Shown in pieces: positions 59,531 through 64,000 of a stretch of 64,000 nucleotides of DNA. The notes under the pieces were generated by a model that saw nothing but the letters and a program-made list of their open reading frames with translations, was not told the DNA's origin and did no database searches. The DNA lies in the NCBI GenBank assembly GCA_903913285.1, contig CAIWKO010000056.1, positions 28,605-92,604 on the forward strand, in the 5' to 3' direction. Position 1 is the stretch's first letter, and each line of letters begins with the position of its first letter. This DNA comes from an uncultured Bacteroidales bacterium (GTDB lineage Bacteria > Bacteroidota > Bacteroidia > Bacteroidales > CAIWKO01). A program made the position numbers and the translations under genes.

Positions 59531-59710
59531 TCAGTTTTTTTGCGGGACTACAACAGCAGTTGCAGTGCCGGTATTTAAAATATCAAAAATTGCCATAGGC
59601 TTTGGGTGGTATGCACCTGCATGGCCTGCGATGTTCATAGTTTTTAGAGCAAATATCGTGCAATAATCTAACACATCGTATAATATTGCTGCTTTTGGTT
59701 TTTTACTCAT
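59531..59710 (-). CDS. Possible 59-aa ORF translationally coupled to the saccharopine dehydrogenase-like gene
   Basis: My own translation gives MSKKPKAAILYDVLDYCTIFALKTMNIAGHAGAYHPKPMAIFDILNTGTATAVVVPQKN. Its stop TGA (59533-59531) lies 1 nt before the downstream ATG (59529). It falls below the track length cutoff. Confidence 0.3.
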   Translation of the reverse strand: MSKKPKAAILYDVLDYCTIFALKTMNIAGHAGAYHPKPMAIFDILNTGTATAVVVPQKN

Positions 59711-60166
59711 ATCATCATGTTTCCTTCAACTCCAGGGTCATATTCCCATTTGAGCATAAAAATCTTCTGCAAAATTACCATCCCGGCAATACTCCATACA
59801 AGATGCAAAACACCCGATTTTACGAAGGAAAAAGGTTGCGTTTTTACAGGCTATAATACCTGTTTTTCGAAGCTAAAAACACGCATTTCCCACTCAGGCA
59901 GCCTTCTTTCTGCCTCTCACAAATCGGGGTTCATGGCTATCTTTCTAAACACCTAAACCGCTAAACAGCTATACACCTATCTCATAGCATTTGGCTAATA
60001 GCTCAATAACGAAAAGAAGAGAAAGTCCGGGCATTAGCCAAATAATTAAGTAACTCATTGCCCTATCAGCCAAATAAATTACTATCTTTGAACAAGCAAT
60101 TAACTTTTGCCAAAACAGGTAAAAAACAGTTGGTAATTTTATGCTTACACTAAAATAAACAAGCCT

Positions 60167-60760
60167 ATGAAAAGAGTAATGATATTCGTGATTTTGGTTT
60201 TTCTTGCATCACGCTGCCTTCAGGCACAAAACCCTCCAACCACAAAAAACGTGGTCGATTATTTTATGATGATGCCTGCTAGCTTATGGGATCTGAACAG
60301 CCACGATTACTCCGACCTGCAAAAAACCGCTATGATCGACGAAAAGGACATAAAAAACGGATGGTTGAAATTTACCGGCAAAGACACATCCGATATGTGG
60401 GAGGGATGGGGCGAATTTGTGCTCTTTAAAAAACCCGACAAAACGTATATGATGGCGGTGAGCATTCTCAGTTGCGGCCCCGAATGCAATCAGACGCTCA
60501 AATTTTTCGAACTCAACCAAAAAAGCTGGAAAGATGTCACCTCCGAAGTGTTTAAGCCTGTTGCAGCAAAGCTGTTGTCATCCAAATATATTTCCTTGGC
60601 GGGCAACGATGAGTTTGCCGAAAGCCCCCCGGTAATTTATGTGTTGCCTCGCTACGGAACCGAAATAACGGTTGTTACTCAGGAAGATATCACCGGACAT
60701 AAATTTACCCTGGCCACCTATGCCTATATCAACGGAAAGTTTAGTTTAAAAACGCAATAA
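60167..60760 (+). CDS. Secreted hypothetical protein
   Basis: 197 aa with the signal peptide MKRVMIFVILVFLASRCLQAQ. I recognise no family. Confidence 0.7.
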   Translation: MKRVMIFVILVFLASRCLQAQNPPTTKNVVDYFMMMPASLWDLNSHDYSDLQKTAMIDEKDIKNGWLKFTGKDTSDMWEGWGEFVLFKKPDKTYMMAVSILSCGPECNQTLKFFELNQKSWKDVTSEVFKPVAAKLLSSKYISLAGNDEFAESPPVIYVLPRYGTEITVVTQEDITGHKFTLATYAYINGKFSLKTQ

Positions 60761-60777
60761 ATAGGGCTTCCTCAACT

Positions 60778-61443
60778 ATGAAAAACTTTTTGTATGCGTT
60801 TCCGGTTTTCATCTTGCTGGCTGTTCTGGTCATGCCACTCCGCGCTCAGCCACAAACCAAACCACAACTAAGTGTAGGTTTAAACACTGCCGATACCACC
60901 ATCACCATCAACGACAGCGTATTTAAAGCATACGAAATTGAAAGGATCGAAAAAATGCTCGGCAAACCCGACCGTATCAGAACCGACAGTTTCCGCTCCT
61001 CCTACGAACGTTTTGGTACAGCGCACAGCAAACCCTATTCCACACCCATCACCGTAGTGAACTACTATTACATCTACGACCGCATCGGCATTATGCTGTT
61101 TACTGCCAACGGCATCCACAGATCAAAAACACCCGACAGACTCTGTATCTGTTTTAACAATAAAAGAAGTTTTACCAACACCAAACCACAGCCTTTCTCG
61201 CCAAACAAAGCTTTCAGCGGCCTGTTGAAAATTAACGGGCAAACCCTTGCACCTGATAAAAAACTGATACCCGACACGGTGAACTACCGCACCGCCAAAT
61301 TCACCCTCTTCGGCACCGAGTTCGGACCCTCATCCTACACCGGCGACATCGACGGATTGTATTCCCTAAACTCCGAACTTTATATGCTGATTTTTCTGGA
61401 CAACGAAAAAGACCAAAGGATCAGCTACATGATAGTGAACTAA
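60778..61443 (+). CDS. Secreted hypothetical protein
   Basis: 221 aa with the signal peptide MKNFLYAFPVFILLAVLVMPLRAQ. It starts 17 nt after the previous gene. I recognise no family. Confidence 0.7.
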   Translation: MKNFLYAFPVFILLAVLVMPLRAQPQTKPQLSVGLNTADTTITINDSVFKAYEIERIEKMLGKPDRIRTDSFRSSYERFGTAHSKPYSTPITVVNYYYIYDRIGIMLFTANGIHRSKTPDRLCICFNNKRSFTNTKPQPFSPNKAFSGLLKINGQTLAPDKKLIPDTVNYRTAKFTLFGTEFGPSSYTGDIDGLYSLNSELYMLIFLDNEKDQRISYMIVN

Positions 61444-61663
61444 GCGCAGAAGCTATTGTTTTTTAGTATTCAGGATAAACTCCGCGTCTCGAAAGAAAGC
61501 GGAACGCGCCTCTGCCTGCCTTTAGCCAAATCGTTTAATTGTTTCCCGGAAACAACCCTTCTGACTCCTGAATTCAGAATTCCCAACTCCCAACTCCAGG
61601 CACTCCCAACTCTAGTTCACTCCAGGCACTTCCCGCCTGCTAATGTCTAAAACCTACAACCCA

Positions 61664-64000
61664 TCAGATCTTCGTAACCTTCTTAACAATAGAAGCATCT
61701 CCCGCTTCCACTTTAATAAAATAAGTCCCTTCAACAAGTTTCGAAATATCAAACAAATAATCAACGTCTTTCTGGCTTCCCAAATTAACGGTCTTCACTG
61801 CCTTACCTATCACATCAAACAATGTGAGCCTGATATTCTTTTCTGTTTCCAAACTCAATCTCACCGTAAAATTATTCGTGGCAGGATTCGGGAAAACCGA
61901 CAGCGAATTGTTCAGTTCATTTTCTTTAACATTTACCAACGTATAGAGTGTTGTTTCCCATATACCTCTGCCGAAGGTTGCGGCTCTTATCAAACCTGCC
62001 GTATAATTAATATCAAGCTCCGATACTTTAACATTGGGCAGATTGTTATTATAGGAGGTCCAGTTAGCCGAAGTAGAATCTTTGTGGAAAACTCCGACTT
62101 CGGTTCCCAGATACAGATCATCCACTGCGTTTTTCTGATGAACAATGCAGTTAAAACCCAGGTTGGTCAGGTTACCTGTTATGTCGGTCCAGCTGTTGCC
62201 TGCATTGGTCGATACATACACATTGCTCGAGCTGCTCCCCGTGCCGCATATCCATAATTTCGAGGGATTATTATTGTCAACGGTGATACCGGTGATCGAC
62301 ATCGAGCTGTTGGGTGTTTTTGTCGCCCACGAAGTGCCGCCGTTGGTGGTCACATAAAGGTCCGAATTGTAGGCTGCATAAATATAATTTGCATTCGACG
62401 GGGCCGAAGCAATAGAAGTGATATTGTCGGGGCATAAACCACTCGAAATGGCGGTCCAGCTTGTGGTTCCGTTGGTCGATTTATACACGTCGCCAAAACC
62501 CATGAATAACAAATTGTGATTGGTAGGGTGGATGATATACGGTGTGCACCATGCTCCATACTGCCCCGAGGGCTGCACATCCGTATTCCAGTTGTTTCCG
62601 CCGTCGGTCGATTTCATTAACGATCCGTTATACACTTCGGCGTACAAGGTATTCGAATTCGAGAAATCCACAGCACATACAAAACCGTCAGCGCCGTATA
62701 GCTGCGACCAGGTCGAACTGCCGGTATATTTATTGATGCCGTTATCCTGCATTCCAGCCACGATGAGGCTTGCATTCGATTCGGTGCCGCCCATGGCATA
62801 GCATTGTGAAATTCCTAATCCGGACGAAATGTTGGTCCAGGTCGAGCCGGCGTTGGTCGTATAAAAAGCGCCTCCGTCTGTGCCGGTATATATTTTGGTT
62901 CCCCCTGCAGGATATATCAGTTCGTGTATATCGCAGTGGGTATATTGTCCCGAAACCGATGGCGGGTAGGTCCAGTCGGTAAGATTTGTCCAGTTCACAC
63001 CTCCGTTTGTCGATTTCCATTGATTGATCGATCCCACGTAAATTTCATTCGCATTGGTTGGCGAAGCAGCGATGCTCAGGTCGTACCAGCCCTGACCGCT
63101 GTTGTCACTGCCGTCAGTAGCATAGCCCAGTATATTGGGCGAGGTCGATTGTGTCAAAAAACTCGTTCCGCTGTTGATCGACCTGTAAAGTCCTTTAAAA
63201 GTATCGTCGCTATAGTTCGAAGCCACCAGATAAACATAAGCCGAATTGGCAGCCGTCACGGCAATTTCATATCGGTCGCACGAAGTTGGAAGCCCCGAGG
63301 TAATGTTGGTATAAGTGCTGCCGCCATTCGTCGATTTATAAAAAGCCCCTCCTGTGGTTGCATACACTATGGTGGTGTCGCCGGGTTTATATTCCACATC
63401 ATAAAACTGCACATTGCTGCCCGACCATTTTGTCCAGCTTGTACCTGCATTCGTCGATTTCCACATCCCGTCGCCGCATGCAGCTATAATACTGTTCGAG
63501 TTTTGCGGATTGATAAGCATCCTGCACACAGCCACCCCACTCGTCGAATTGTCCATCCCGGTCATATGCCATGTTGCGCCTGCATCTGTCGATTTCAGTA
63601 TGCCGATCCCGGGGCAGTCGCCGGCATCCCTGTCGCCTGTTCCAATGTACACTATGTTCGAATTGTTATGATCCACCGCTATGGTCGAAACTCCCAGGTG
63701 GGGCATATAGTCGCTGGTGGTGTTCCATGTGGTTCCGCCGTCAACCGATTTCCACACTCCGCCCGCAGGTGCTCCGATGTATATCACGTTGGCGTTGTTC
63801 GGGTCAACCGTAATAGCGTTTATTCTTCCGTTGCCGGGGCTGTAACCGCTGTTTCCACAGGTCCAGTTCAGCAGGCCCAGCGGGGTCCAGGTGTTGGTAA
63901 GTTTGGCCTGTTCCGGCTTTTTCTCGGTGGCGCTGAACTTCAGGTATTCGTTCCAGTATTTCAGCGGCGATGGCAACACCCCATCAGGATAGGCTTTCGG
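61664..64000 (-). CDS. BNR/Asp-box (sortilin/GH74-like) repeat protein with a T9SS C-terminal sorting domain; the N-terminus lies outside the window
   Basis: At least 11 S/T-x-D/N-x-G-x-T/S-W repeats (DGGTTWNT, DAGATWHM, NAGTSWTK, NGGVNWTN…). The C-terminal region LSVFPNPATNNFTVRL…GTYFIKVEAGD…KKVTKI fits a Por secretion tail. The frame is open through base 64000, and no signal peptide is seen, so the gene is truncated. Confidence 0.85.
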   Translation of the reverse strand, partial: PKAYPDGVLPSPLKYWNEYLKFSATEKKPEQAKLTNTWTPLGLLNWTCGNSGYSPGNGRINAITVDPNNANVIYIGAPAGGVWKSVDGGTTWNTTSDYMPHLGVSTIAVDHNNSNIVYIGTGDRDAGDCPGIGILKSTDAGATWHMTGMDNSTSGVAVCRMLINPQNSNSIIAACGDGMWKSTNAGTSWTKWSGSNVQFYDVEYKPGDTTIVYATTGGAFYKSTNGGSTYTNITSGLPTSCDRYEIAVTAANSAYVYLVASNYSDDTFKGLYRSINSGTSFLTQSTSPNILGYATDGSDNSGQGWYDLSIAASPTNANEIYVGSINQWKSTNGGVNWTNLTDWTYPPSVSGQYTHCDIHELIYPAGGTKIYTGTDGGAFYTTNAGSTWTNISSGLGISQCYAMGGTESNASLIVAGMQDNGINKYTGSSTWSQLYGADGFVCAVDFSNSNTLYAEVYNGSLMKSTDGGNNWNTDVQPSGQYGAWCTPYIIHPTNHNLLFMGFGDVYKSTNGTTSWTAISSGLCPDNITSIASAPSNANYIYAAYNSDLYVTTNGGTSWATKTPNSSMSITGITVDNNNPSKLWICGTGSSSSNVYVSTNAGNSWTDITGNLTNLGFNCIVHQKNAVDDLYLGTEVGVFHKDSTSANWTSYNNNLPNVKVSELDINYTAGLIRAATFGRGIWETTLYTLVNVKENELNNSLSVFPNPATNNFTVRLSLETEKNIRLTLFDVIGKAVKTVNLGSQKDVDYLFDISKLVEGTYFIKVEAGDASIVKKVTKI

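Noticed and set aside
59717-59956. 79-aa plus-strand ORF upstream of the secreted-protein genes
   Set aside because: It has no motif and an odd composition, and it overlaps predicted hairpins in a probable regulatory or non-coding region.
60021-60032. RNase P RNA (rnpB) gene suggested by GAAAGTCCGGGC
   Set aside because: Only the CR-I core matches. I found no CR-IV/CR-V (ACAGAACCCGGCUUA-like) or the other conserved regions nearby. A 350-400 nt RNA in this orientation would overlap the signal-peptide-bearing CDS at 60167.

Overview
The window is a chromosomal segment that looks Bacteroidota-like. Supporting signs are A-rich leaders without Shine-Dalgarno sequences, TAnnTTTG -7-like boxes, a T9SS C-terminal sorting domain, and an exbB-exbD-exbD unit. 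I count about 50 CDS, almost all of them core functions.

Gene content, left to right:
- exbB-exbD-exbD, a FabD-like acyltransferase with mqnA, a CPA2 antiporter, murB and pyrG.
- A cysteine-synthase-like enzyme paired with a class V PLP enzyme.
- A 1514-aa secreted orphan, then prmA, tpiA and an acyl-CoA synthetase.
- A split membrane FeS/CCG oxidoreductase.
- A co-directional short-chain acyl-CoA cluster on the minus strand (buk, crt, hbd-like, thiolase-like, FabK-like, hydrolase, acd, etfB, etfA), divergent from a fused isobutyryl-CoA mutase (icmF).
- sufC-D-S-E-T without sufB.
- DUF349, a patatin/Omp85-like protein, a methionine gamma-lyase family enzyme, an M1 peptidase, several secreted hypotheticals, and a BNR-repeat T9SS cargo that is truncated at the right edge.

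I found no rRNA, tRNA, CRISPR, transposase, integrase or recognisable defence genes, so I cannot point to a protein-coding novel system.

The unexplained signal is non-coding:
- Two tandem arrays share an exact 21-bp period but have unrelated unit sequences (22 units at 9077-9544 and 14 units at 25199-25497).
- Both arrays lie downstream of a shared AACCACGG...ACGGAGGNACACAGAGA block and heptamer repeats.
- A 17-mer spans the stop codons of two unrelated genes.
- Heptamer-periodic tails start at the stop codons of several genes.
- An AT-rich islet (about 24.9-27.6 kb) carries array 2 and two CarboxypepD_reg-like genes.

All composition statements are by eye and were not computed.
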